Positions 11,313-21,539 of a stretch of DNA of 47,063 nt are shown one piece after another. Below the pieces are notes generated by a model that was given only the letters and a program-made list of their open reading frames with translations, had not been told where the DNA came from and searched no databases. A program made the position numbers and the translations under genes. This DNA is from Chromera velia (taxonomy: Eukaryota), in the NCBI GenBank assembly GCA_018398765.1, contig JAHBMJ010000458.1:1-47063 (forward strand), in the 5' to 3' direction. Each line of letters begins with the position of its first letter. The stretch's first letter is position 1.

Positions 11313-12854
11313 TTAGAGAACGGAAGAAAGCATCAAATTCCTTCCCTCGGTGCCCCCCGACCCTCCCCGATGACCCGTTTGGGCCTCAGAGGAAGATGAG
11401 GAGGCGCTGCTCCCGTACACAGTTGCAGACAGAGACCCCCAAAACTCCCCTGCCCCCCTGGGGCTTCCAGAAGAACCATGCAGATTTCTCCATAGAGACC
11501 CACAGGGAAGAGACTGTGCATGGATGGGTTGGGGTACTGACTCTCTCCCACCCGATCCCGCAGCACAGTGATAAGCCCTCTCCCCCACACCCTCAGACTC
11601 AGTCTCCTCCTCTGCCTGCGTTGTCTCTTCTCTCTTTGGTTTCCTTTCCTCTCCATCCTCCACCTGGATGCTTGCACCCCCATCCTCCTGAAAGCATACC
11701 TCAACCGCCCTTTCTTCTCTCACACCCAGTCCCCCTGCAGTCCCCCCCCCTTCCTTTCTTTCAGCCCCCGCATCTGCCAGAGGGGGCGGGCAGCCCCCAT
11801 CCGTTCTCTCTCGCTCACTTCCTTCCACTTCCCCTCTCCAGAAACGGGACAGATCGAAGAAACGCATCACAGCGAGGAGGAAAGAGGAGACCTTGTTGGT
11901 CTTCTTTTTGCCTCCCGACGCTGAGGATACCGCTTCTCCTGCTGTTGCTGGAAGAGGAAGAGGGAAATTCTCTGCTACCTCAGAGGGGGTGGAGAAGTCT
12001 ACATGTCGGTAGAAGGCAAGGGAGAGAAATGTAAAGACAAAAAGCTCAAGCGTCAACAACATATTTACCATTCTGTCTTCACACAGCACTTCTGCGAACT
12101 GTGCATACCTCTCTGAAGGCATCACTGCCTCTGGAGGGCAAATAAAGTCACCAGTCGGAATGACCCCCCACCGAATTAGTGGTTTCAGAACAAGTCTGTT
12201 CAGCACCGCAAACCCGAAAATGAATTTGATCACCGCAACTTTTCCGATCACATGCTTGCCCTCGTACGGTTTTCGTTTATCCTTCTTCAGAACCCAGTAA
12301 ATCCGCAACAACTGAGCAAACGCAATGATGAGGGAGACGGCGGTAATCAGTTGGAGAACGGTTCCAACCAGACGAGAACGGTTTCCCAGATCCCCTCGCG
12401 ACACAGCCACCTCGAAATGAACCGTCTTTGCAATCGCAACCAGCGGGTTCACGACAGCGTACTGCATGATCAGGGCCTTCCGAGCTGCAAACTGCTTTTC
12501 TGGTGTGGTCTCTCTTGGACCACAACACGAAACAACACCCCCGCCCTTCTTTTGGAACAATGCCTCTTTCACGTCCACCTTCAACCATCCCAGTCCCAGC
12601 AACAAGGCAAGAAAGGCAAGAATCACGTAGACTTCAAACCATGAAAAGACGTTTTCAAGGTAGATTGAGGAGACAGGGATCAGAGCGGAGACAATTGCAA
12701 CAGTCATCATCAACGGGTACAGAGACACGAGCCGAGAATACAGAGCCTGGAACTGGACATTCTTCACATTCTGCGAGTGCTCTATTAGAAGCGAAATCCA
12801 AGCACCGAAACTCACAAACAAAAGAATCAGCAGAAGAATACCGCCGCCTCTCAT
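11313..12854 (-). CDS. Organic solute transporter alpha / TMEM184 family membrane protein
   Basis: About 7 hydrophobic segments with family-like motifs: FEVYVILAFLALL, IMQYAVVNPLVAI, SLIIAFAQLLRIY, KVAVIKFIFGF, NMLLTLELFVFTFLSLAFY. In-frame stop upstream of the ATG. The low-complexity tail may contain an intron (GAG|GTATGC near 11700). Confidence 0.8.
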   Translation of the reverse strand: MRGGGILLLILLFVSFGAWISLLIEHSQNVKNVQFQALYSRLVSLYPLMMTVAIVSALIPVSSIYLENVFSWFEVYVILAFLALLLGLGWLKVDVKEALFQKKGGGVVSCCGPRETTPEKQFAARKALIMQYAVVNPLVAIAKTVHFEVAVSRGDLGNRSRLVGTVLQLITAVSLIIAFAQLLRIYWVLKKDKRKPYEGKHVIGKVAVIKFIFGFAVLNRLVLKPLIRWGVIPTGDFICPPEAVMPSERYAQFAEVLCEDRMVNMLLTLELFVFTFLSLAFYRHVDFSTPSEVAENFPLPLPATAGEAVSSASGGKKKTNKVSSFLLAVMRFFDLSRFWRGEVEGSERERTDGGCPPPLADAGAERKEGGGTAGGLGVREERAVEVCFQEDGGASIQVEDGEERKPKREETTQAEEETESEGVGERAYHCAAGSGGRESVPQPIHAQSLPCGSLWRNLHGSSGSPRGAGEFWGSLSATVYGSSASSSSSEAQTGHRGGSGGTEGRNLMLSSVL

Positions 12855-13124
12855 CTGTATGTTGCACTGTGTTGCAAAGAGTCACAGGCTCACAGCAAGC
12901 AAGTCTTGGAAGTAGTCTTCCTGCAAGATCCAAGGAAAGCTGTCAAGTGTGTCCAGCAGACCTTCTGGTCGACAGATTCAAGTCAGGCGTTTGTCGGTCG
13001 ATCGCTCAGTAAGATGGTATGTCGAAAGCACTTGAACCGGAGAGCTTGGGGATCGACAACAATTAACTGAAGGATTACGATGTCCAATTCAAGCTTTCGC
13101 CATCGATCGCAAATTTAAAGACTT

Positions 13125-13320
13125 TGAGGCGCGCTGCCTAGCTCGCGATCGTGCGGCGCGCCGCGCGCGCATGCATGATCGAAGCTGTACGTAAGTATGC
13201 GTATACTGCATGTATACTGCGCATGCAAGGTCACACAAAAATGTGGCGGCGCGCAAGTGTGTGGCGCGCCCGGCCCATTCATACAATTTCATACATAGTT
13301 GGGCGCGCCGCCAAGCATCG
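13125..13320. promoter_or_regulatory. Putative bidirectional promoter core
   Basis: Between divergent ATGs at 12854 and 13460. Contains GGCGCGCC three times, GCGCGCATGCATG and TACGTA. Confidence 0.4.
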
Positions 13321-13459
13321 CGAACCCTCAGTCAGACGTCGATCCCGTGACTTGTGAGGCCGGTGATAGCCGGTGACAGAATATTGGGTACCGTTGTGGA
13401 CAGTTCGGTGTTCATATTTTCTCTGTTAAGTCAACGGTTAAAGAGGAGGTGTATTCGGA

Positions 13460-15421
13460 ATGAAGCGTGGTGTTTCGTCCCGTCAGCTGATACTGGCGGT
13501 GGAGACGGCGTCTCTGCGCCGTCAGAGCCAATCGGGGTTTTCTTCCTCCGTGGCAGTGCGGCTGAGGAAGGGAAACAAGGTGCTACCCAGATTACAGACA
13601 TACCCTTTTGTGAACGATGCCAATGCACAAAAGAAAAGGGCAGGAGGCTGGATGGTCTCCAGAGAGGGGGGGGCTTTTTCATTTGAGGGGGTGGGAGACG
13701 GCAGTTTGGTTCAGGGAGAAGGTGAGGAACTGAACCATCAAATGAAAATGGACGAAGATTGTTCCCATTTTGTTCGTCTCTGTCGAAGTGTAGAGAGGGG
13801 GGGAGCCGTTGTCAATTCGGACCTGATGAAGAGACTCTTTCGATCTCTCCGTCAGCTCATCTCGCCGTCTCCCCCCTCCTCTTCTTCTCCCTCGTCTTCT
13901 TCTCCTTCTCGTTGTGTGAGGTTAGATCGTGCTGAAATCGACAGTGAAAGACGACCCTCCTATTCTCCTTCAAGGGGGGATAACCGAAGCCGGCTGCAGT
14001 GCCTGTCGCCTTCAGAGATGGCAGGGGCAATTTTTCATTTTTCCAAAGCACTTAGAGGATGCTCAGTGCTCCAGGAAACAGTGAGAACGCGCGCCCCGAA
14101 ACGAAAGGATGTGGACCTCCTCCTTAACGCACCACTTTTGCATTCTGGCCTCGGCATGCTTGAGGAGTTCCCGGAAAGAGAAATGGCCATGTATGCCCTG
14201 GCAGTCTCATACACACACACCGCAGGGGCCGCCTCAGAAACCCAGACACTCAGCCGTCTCCAGAGTGTGGTCGAAGCCGCTAAGCCGTCTCTTGACCGCT
14301 GGGATCCGAGAAGGCTTGCGAATCTTGCTTGGTCCCTCGCGGCAGCCTTTTCGGGGCCTGGAACGGTCCCGGAAAGAGAAAGTGTGCCCGCTCTTGGAGC
14401 AAGGGAAAGAAAGGAATGGTTCGGGGGAAGAGAGAAATTGATGGGTTCTGTGATGCAGGTGGTTGCTGCTGCGAGCGATAGTGAGACGGGACACTTTGGT
14501 AAGATGGACCTGCAAAGTGTTGTCACGCTCTGTTGGGCTGTCTCGCGGTGTGTCTCCCTCTCCCGTGAGCCCCCTCCAAGAGAGTGGTTTGACAGGGCGG
14601 CGGAGGAAATTTTGAAGAAGCTGGAGGGTGGGGAGGGAATTTCGCTGAGCCCCCTTGGCGCCGCCACTCTAGCTGCTTCTTTTGCTCGGGTGCATGTACC
14701 GAAAGAGGGGCAGTCTCGGTATGCGAAGGTGACGGAGGCACTGGTCAACGAGGTGGTAGACCGTCCTGTGACGTCTTTAGATAACTCGGCGTTTCGTAAT
14801 TTGGTTGCAGGGGCTGGTGGGTGTGGGGGGTTGAAAAGTAAGGGGGCAGAGTGGGCAGCACGTGAGGCAGTATCCCGATTGAGGTCTCCTCGACCCCCCA
14901 CGTCACAGGAATGTTTAGACCTGTGTTGGGCTTTTTCCAAGAGGGAGACGGGGGTGGTTAGTGAGAAAGCGCTGGTTTTTTCGTCTGTTGTTGAAGCAGT
15001 AGAGAGCGGTCGTGTGAATCTGACGGTGAGACAGGGTGCAAGACTGTTGACCTCTGTTGTCAGAGTGGCTGTCCGTCTTCGAGGCCGCAGAGGGGGGGTT
15101 GGGGAGATGCAGTCAAGTTCAGATTGTGTGGGTGCGTTCGATCGTTTGCTGCGCCTCTTTCTGGAGCGGGTTGAGATGGGCGTCTTTGTGGTTGGGGATC
15201 TTTCCAATTCAGAGCTCTTTCATCTTTGCAGCTCTTTGTCTTTGATGCAAGCGAAGGTGGGATTCAGTGTAGAGCGACAGAAGGTTGGAGCAGATGTAGG
15301 CAAGCTCTTTTTGGTTCTGCAAGAAGAGAGTAGGAATCCGCAACGGGGGGCTCTTCAAACTTGGGAAAGAAAGCGAATTGATGAAACTGCAGACTCGGTC
15401 TGCCAGCTAGTCTGCCAGTGA
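13460..15421 (+). CDS. Intronless helical-repeat protein (HPR/OPR/FASTK-like), probably an organellar RNA-binding factor
   Basis: 653-aa ORF with an R/S-rich N-terminus. Recurring units: SPSEMAGAIFHFSK, PEREMAMYALAVS, DPRRLANLAWSLA, DLQSVVTLCWAVSR, SPLGAATLAASFAR, TSQECLDLCWAFSK, SNSELFHLCSSLS. Confidence 0.65.
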   Translation: MKRGVSSRQLILAVETASLRRQSQSGFSSSVAVRLRKGNKVLPRLQTYPFVNDANAQKKRAGGWMVSREGGAFSFEGVGDGSLVQGEGEELNHQMKMDEDCSHFVRLCRSVERGGAVVNSDLMKRLFRSLRQLISPSPPSSSSPSSSSPSRCVRLDRAEIDSERRPSYSPSRGDNRSRLQCLSPSEMAGAIFHFSKALRGCSVLQETVRTRAPKRKDVDLLLNAPLLHSGLGMLEEFPEREMAMYALAVSYTHTAGAASETQTLSRLQSVVEAAKPSLDRWDPRRLANLAWSLAAAFSGPGTVPERESVPALGARERKEWFGGREKLMGSVMQVVAAASDSETGHFGKMDLQSVVTLCWAVSRCVSLSREPPPREWFDRAAEEILKKLEGGEGISLSPLGAATLAASFARVHVPKEGQSRYAKVTEALVNEVVDRPVTSLDNSAFRNLVAGAGGCGGLKSKGAEWAAREAVSRLRSPRPPTSQECLDLCWAFSKRETGVVSEKALVFSSVVEAVESGRVNLTVRQGARLLTSVVRVAVRLRGRRGGVGEMQSSSDCVGAFDRLLRLFLERVEMGVFVVGDLSNSELFHLCSSLSLMQAKVGFSVERQKVGADVGKLFLVLQEESRNPQRGALQTWERKRIDETADSVCQLVCQ

Positions 15422-15663
15422 GGAGCTGTGAGCATAATAAGCTTCTCCAATAATATTGAATTTGAAATTCACTTCTTTCATACTATGAAGCGTATGTATA
15501 CTACATTTTATAGGTATATGGATTTAGGTATGGATAACAATGACAGTATAACCAGCATTGCATGTAACTATACTATTAGTGGGTCACTGCCACTCACTGG
15601 CAGCTAGTCATAGGCAACAAAATTTAGAATGATAGTAGTAGTATGATCGATACATAGAAAGAG

Positions 15664-15870
15664 GACAGGATTACAGGATCACAGGATTATATTATGATAG
15701 TGATAGTGATTTAATTGGTACCCCAGGTAGAGCACTGTTGCTGTTCTACCAGAAGTCGCCCTTACGAACGGCAAGTCGCCCAAAAGTCGCCGTTCTATAT
15801 TATGTTCGAGGCCAGAGCCATAGACCTGCGTACCAGTAACTGTTATCTGACATCCGCTTTGTACCATACA
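15664..15870 (-). mobile_element. Retroposon-like family A 3' end with a (TAATCCTG)x3-like tail, interrupted by family B
   Basis: CAGGATTACAGGATCACAGGATTA tail. TTCGAGGCCAGAGCCATAGACCTGCGTACCAG matches the reverse complements of the copies at 10385 and 41290. The 5' extent toward 16780 is unresolved. Confidence 0.6.
15697..15795 (-). mobile_element. 99-bp insertion (family B) with 9-bp TSD TATATTATG
   Basis: TATATTATG at 15688-15696 and 15796-15804. ATAGTGATAGTGAT tail-like end. Homologous to ~41139-41220. Confidence 0.7.
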
Positions 15871-16780
15871 TTCATGCACACTACGTACAAAAATTGGCTT
15901 TGATGTTACAGCTGAATTTGCTCCTGAAAACCCGGTACGAGATTGTATTTGCACGTCGGTCAGAAGCTGAGCGTACTCGTGAGATGGTTCCTTTCGAGCC
16001 CTGACCTGACAGTTTTCCTATTGATGTCACACATCGATCGAAAGCTCACATCGATCCTGCAAAGACAAACAGAGTCCCAAAGCTTACAGCAGCCTCCTTC
16101 TAGCAGAAAGGCAATCAAACAAAGGGCAGACAGGTTGCTGCAAGGCTGCAAAGGCCTATGGGAAGGCCGATCTGATAGCTGACCGATCATTTTTAAATCG
16201 CGCGGAGTGAACTTCAAGGCTAAAATGGAGTCGGACTCCCAAGCACTTTCACAAGGCTTCCTCGCCTTGTAGAAGCCTGCTCTCTTACAAAAAAGTAGAG
16301 GAGAGACCGTCAAAGTCTGTAGAAACCTCTAGAGGTTCGCTAGGAAAGAAAGAAGATCGATAGAAGGTAGTCTAGCTTCAGATGAAGTAACTGTTCAGTA
16401 GGGAAGCTTGCAACACAGTTTGCAGTTGCAACATCGACTTTGAAATGCTATGTATTTCAATCTCTATTTAGTGAATTGCAACACAAAAGACCCAGCATCT
16501 CAGAGCTCTACTTACTCCTCACAAATTCTGTATACGATCGTCCTGTCTCGGAACTCAAGACATGCCTTTACCATCAGTCTGTCGTGATACAGTGTGGGTG
16601 GTCTATACCTATTTCAGGGTGATACTGTGTTTATCTTCTTTTCGTCCTTATGTGGAAAGCCCGTTCTTAACCCCTTCTTTTCTTCTTTTCCCTTTCCTTC
16701 TTTAGATATACTCTGCCATCTCCTCACTGAAGGAGACTCTTTTCTTCCCCCCTTTTCTTCTCTGCGGCAACAAAGAACTT

Positions 16781-17232
16781 TGTGGAGTCCTACCCTGTAG
16801 TACCGCCCTTTAAGCCTTCGCATGCGCCGTGACTGAGTAAGCCAGCGTGCCGCACCACATTCTGCCGCCGCGCTTTGCTCTAGGCTTTGCTTCGTACGTG
16901 TCGCGCGCGCATCGATCGAAGTCGAGTCTGACCTTCGCATTCAAACAACATATTACTTGAGTAACGGATAGCATTGTTTGAGTCTGATATTTATTTATCA
17001 CAGATCAAGAGAGCCCCTAAGAGTCTGAGAGAGAAGCATAAGTAGAAACTGTGCAATGAGAGAATGAACCTAGCTGATTAGAATTTCAGATCGCTCTAGA
17101 GCTAAACCTTCTATAAACTGTTGCTTGAATTAGTGTTGCTCACGTTCCTTCTCTAGATCTTCCTAAGGTTCTTATCCTCGCTTTACCTTCTATCTGGATG
17201 CTATAAGGTGGCCGGACAGGAGGGACAAAGCA
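16781..17232 (+). repeat. 5' LTR (452 bp)
   Basis: Direct repeat of 18799-19238 with an extra 12 bp, CTAGGCTTTGCT. Confidence 0.92.
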
Positions 17233-18798
17233 TTGTGGTGAACGCCCAGCTCGATGAGTGTTGACTCTCATGTACCTTCTATGATAGGGAGCAGATCTGT
17301 CCTAAGCCTTTTGTGCAACAGTAGAAAACCGATTGCAACGATACGGGCACGGTTAGGCAGAGACCGTGAGTAGGGGAATTCAGCGTCCCCTTGCGTCCTA
17401 AGCTGCCTTGAGCCCTGTTTCGGAGATCCCCTTCGAGTCTGATCCTAGACTTTGCCTTTGTCCTTGGATAGAGAACCCAAAGATCGTTAGAGGTCGCCAA
17501 AGCCAATGGTGGAGACGTTGCTTGGTGTTGCTTGGACTTTGGAGTGACTCCATCTCATAGAGATTGCCGTCTACGAGTACATCGCAATTAAAACGGCCAG
17601 TAGATTACTTCTTTTACTTGCTCTTCTGCGAGTGTGTGACTGGTTCTATGTTTGATTGAATGGGACTGGCTTATGTCCGGCTGTGACTCTGCTGTTTGCT
17701 GTATCCGTGTCTGCATATGACTGACTATCCAACTCTGGCAGCTGGTGTGTGCGCTTATTCACGGTGGTTGGTACCTTTATACGATAATCCTTTTATGTTG
17801 GAATAATGCGAAAGGTATGGGCGCTTAGCAGGAAGCTGAGTGTGCTATGGCCCTACAACCACTCCATCCATTGTGTACATACGCATATGAAGTCGTCGGG
17901 ACTTCCCTCCAAAAGAGCAGAGCTGAGGGAGTTCTTTTTGCTGCAAAGTGACACGCTGTGGAAGCTGCGAAGACTTGTACTTTCGATCTTGATGTTGAGC
18001 CAGGAGGCATTGGATGTATTTGATGCCTCTGAAGGAATGGCAGGCCTGAAGTACGAAAAGTCAAGTGTGTGACTGCTGCCCCATGGCCGGGTTGCCCTGT
18101 GATGGGTCAATATGTTCCGGTTGCACCATTCCTCTCGACTGACAGTGAGAAGGTGGAGAGATTTCAAATTGAAGCTGGTGATGGCTGCTCATGAAGTAAA
18201 TGATCGAACAATCAGAGCAATGCACCTCGAGGAGTGAGGTCGTGACAGAGTGTTTTGAAGTCACTTGGTTTGGTATAGTAGCTTAGTGAGAACGAGGATG
18301 GCCGACACACAAACAGGCTTTCAGGAAGCCATGAGTGGAGCAGTGTGTAGCTGCACTCTTTTTTTTTCTATTCATCCCTTTGCAGCTGTTAACAATTCGA
18401 TGACGCCGAGTTGGACGCATGCATATGGCTGTCGTACTCCCAAACTGGCTGGTGCTGGAGACCCACGACTCCGATCGAGTCTTCCGGTCGACGACATACA
18501 CATATGGTGGACGAGTGCTCTTATTGGTGCCACCAGTATCTGCGTCACATACCTATCTCTAGGTGATCTTGGACTTGCAAGCACGCCTCACACATCGTGG
18601 CGCTTTGAGATCGTTTTGATTCACGTGGCGCCTTGAATATTTTGACACGGATGCCATCAAGATGGAGTTCTCGGAGCTGCTCTAACAACATCTACGACAA
18701 CTTGGATGAGATCTATTTTGGGCATTGAAGCGCATGCCCAGTCTTTTTATTTGTTGATCACGAGGACGCGATTTTCCTGTCCATGGCTGGAGGGGATC

Positions 18799-19238
18799 TG
18801 TAGAGTCCTACCCTATGGCACCGCCCTTTGAGCCTTCGCATGCGCCGTGACTGAGTGAGCCAGCGTGCCGCATCACATTCTGCCGCCGCGCTTTGCTTCG
18901 TACGTGTCGCGCGCGTATCGATCGAAGTCGAGTCTGACCTTTGCATTCAAACAATATGTTACTTGAGCAACGGATAGCATTGTTCGAGTCTGATATTTGT
19001 TTATCACAGATCAAGAGAGCCCTTAAGAGTCTAAGAGAGAAGCATAACTAGAAACTGTGTAATGAGAGAATGAACCTAGCTGATTAGAATCTCAGATCGC
19101 TCTAGAGCTAAACCTTCTGTAAACTGTTGCTTGAGTTAGTATTGCTCACGTTCTTTCTCTAAATCTTCCTAACGTTCTTATCCTTGCTTTACTTTCTGTC
19201 TGGACGCCAAAAGGTGGCCGGACAGGAGGGATAAAGCA
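18799..19238 (+). repeat. 3' LTR (440 bp)
   Basis: Direct repeat of 16781-17232 with many scattered substitutions. Confidence 0.92.
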
Positions 19239-19799
19239 ACTTCAAGAACTTCTGAGACTGCGTCGTCTTCACGCCAGAGTCAGGCGCTTTTTGTTTGGGC
19301 ACCATGACATTCAGATGATAAGACAGTCCAGGCAGACTGTCACCTTCACAAAAATTCAGAGTCGAGTAAGCAGATTCAACTGTGAAGTATTGAATTTAGT
19401 ATTCATGGAAGCACATAAATCACATAGATGAATGTTTCTTTGACAGGTTAAGCCCGCTGCTCTCAGTTAATCGCTTGACAAGAATCTGTACAGCTCTCTG
19501 GGCTGAGAGCTGTTAGAGCAACACTTAGTGGATTTGATCTTGACGATCCATTTTTTTTTTTAATACCGCCGTGGAGAGATAAAAGCGACGGTCCCGCCGC
19601 TCCGCGGTAGACCCGCCGCGGCTTCGAAACTTACTCGACCGGCACTGCGCCGCTCCACGGCGCATCGCAGTCCTCCCCTTCCCTTCCAAGTTTTTTCCCC
19701 GCGGCGCGCCGCGGTGCGCCCTTCCAGCGCACCGTGGCACGCGGTGCCGTGGAGGCGTTTATACATAAATGCCGCAGTGTCTAGAAACGCTGGTAGTTT

Positions 19800-19950
19800 C
19801 TCACAAAAAGGGAAACCTCGATGCAGTCTCTACTCAGACGAACCCACTCATAAAAAGAAAAACCTCGATGCAGCCTCTACTAGCCTCTACTCAGACGAAC
19901 TTACTCACAAAAAGGGAAACCTCGACGCAGCTTCTACTCAGACGAACCCA
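19800..19950. repeat. Minisatellite, 3 copies of a 47-bp unit
   Basis: Unit CTCACAAAAAGGGAAACCTCGATGCAGTCTCTACTCAGACGAACCCA; the middle copy carries a 10-bp internal duplication. Confidence 0.85.
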
Positions 19951-20553
19951 GGAGGGCCCTGGTGCGATACGGCTGGCAGATATCGCCCTTGGAGGCATCT
20001 GTGCTCACCCCAAGTTCATCATAGAGCTGCGTGTTCTTGACCATCTTACTTAAGGAAGCAAATCAGAGTGGAAAGGGCATCTGAGGCAGGATGAAAGAAA
20101 GAGGGTCGGTCAGCAAGCAGGGTCTATTTAATTTCTGTGCCAGTGCTGCTCATTTCAGTTCAGCCGTCCCCGGCTTATTCTTTCATCAAGTAAAAATTCC
20201 AGATTGTAGAAAGAGCACAAAAGAGAATTGTAGAAGCATGTTGAATGGTAGAAGCACGAAAGAGAATGGTAGACAGAAAGAGTGTTGAATATGTTTCTCA
20301 TCTTGCACTAAGGTATAGTTTTATGAATTTAATGCACATTACTCCACATCATGCACGCATACATGCAACAACACATCCCATCACGACACATACATTTCTT
20401 GCCTTGCACTTTAAAACCATATGGGACTTGCAAGAAAGAGAATATGGAGCCCAGGGGGTTGATGTCTAAGACCAGTGGTAGCGTTGACAACGGTTGACAT
20501 TTATATAACTTAATAAGATTTAATAACAGTTTAATAAGTATTCATACTCCATA

Positions 20554-21170
20554 CCCTGCAGGTAGCTAGGATTTTACGGGATTTTAGCCCAGGATTTTAG
20601 CAGATTTTACGGGATTTTGGCCAAGATTTTAACAGATTTAGGCGGATTTTGCCCAGGATTCTGCTGGACTATTTCTCCAGGATTTTAAAATCTAAAATCC
20701 TCGCTCTAAAGATTATAAGGACTAAAATCCTGGATCCTAGAATTTTAGAAATGAATGCTAGGATTTTACGGGATTTTACGGGAATCGTAACGGGATTATA
20801 CGGGATTTTACGGGATTTTAACATAAACAAAAACAATGAAATAAAAGTCGATCACAATCGATGCCGGTTATCCCTTCTGTACAGCCTTAAAGTATGTCAT
20901 TCATCTTTGAATTTAATTTTATTCATTTCTTTAAAATCCCGTAAAATCCCGTATAATCCCATAAAATCCTAGGAAGAGGCTAGAATTTTAGCTTTCTTCT
21001 AGGATTTTAGATTCTAAAATCCTAAGTGTAGGGATTATATTTTTAATGTTAAAAGTCTGGCAGAATCCTGGGCAAAATCCGCCAAAATCCGCTAAAATCC
21101 TGGCCAAAATCCTATAAAATCCGCTAAAATCCTGGGCTAAAATCCCGTAAAATCCTGGCTACCTGCAGGG
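20554..21170. mobile_element. Foldback-type non-autonomous DNA transposon with long modular inverted arms
   Basis: TA|CCCTGCAGGTAGC...GCTACCTGCAGGG|TA. Arms of roughly 240-270 bp built from GGATTTTA/TAAAATCC subrepeats around a ~110-bp centre. Confidence 0.9.
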
Positions 21171-21539
21171 TATGAGTCCATAGTACCTAATAATCTATGT
21201 TTTCACCGGTATTCACCTAGTAGTAATATCTCTATTTAATACTACTATAGTAAGATCATACTATATTAAGATCGAGGTTTTAAGATCTGATATAAGATAG
21301 GTGATAATAGGTAAAACAAAACCCTTTGCAACAATACATATACCAGAGTGAGTTTGAGTGACTTAAAACATTTCGTAGAACACTGTAAAAATTAACCGTA
21401 AGTGAGGTGTAGTAAAAATGTTATGAACTATCTTTTTGAACCTTTTCACATGCTGCTGATATGTGAAATTGAATGAACAGAGATTGTATGTTATAAACTC
21501 CAAGAATGGCCGTGTAACCATGCATGCCGATCATTAATT

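Larger units (their letters stand above)
16781..19238 (+). mobile_element. Complete non-autonomous LTR retrotransposon (2458 bp, probably gypsy-related)
   Basis: LTRs at 16781-17232 and 18799-19238, both TG...CA. TSD ACTT on both sides. PBS-like TGGTGAACGCCC 3 nt after the 5' LTR; purine tract GGAGGGGA before the 3' LTR. No internal ORF longer than 123 aa. Confidence 0.92.

Noticed and set aside
14035..15207. 390-aa minus ORF, and similar long antisense ORFs at 4220-5320, 5333-6097, 11102-12034 and 41933-42670
   Set aside because: Shadows of better-supported genes on the opposite strand; no motifs of their own.
15870..16780. Decayed retroelement coding sequence flanking the LTR element
   Set aside because: Plausible from context, but I could not read any RT or endonuclease motif in the short frames.
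19727..19784. Helitron 3' end (hairpin plus CTAG)
   Set aside because: The hairpin is over 30 nt from the CTAG, which is followed by A rather than T, and no matching 5' end was found.
19800..19950. 47-bp repeats as a CRISPR array
   Set aside because: The units are contiguous with no unique spacers, there are no cas genes, and the context is eukaryotic.
20649..20972. 107-aa ORF as a transposase
   Set aside because: It is a translation of the GGATTTTA subrepeats in the foldback arm.
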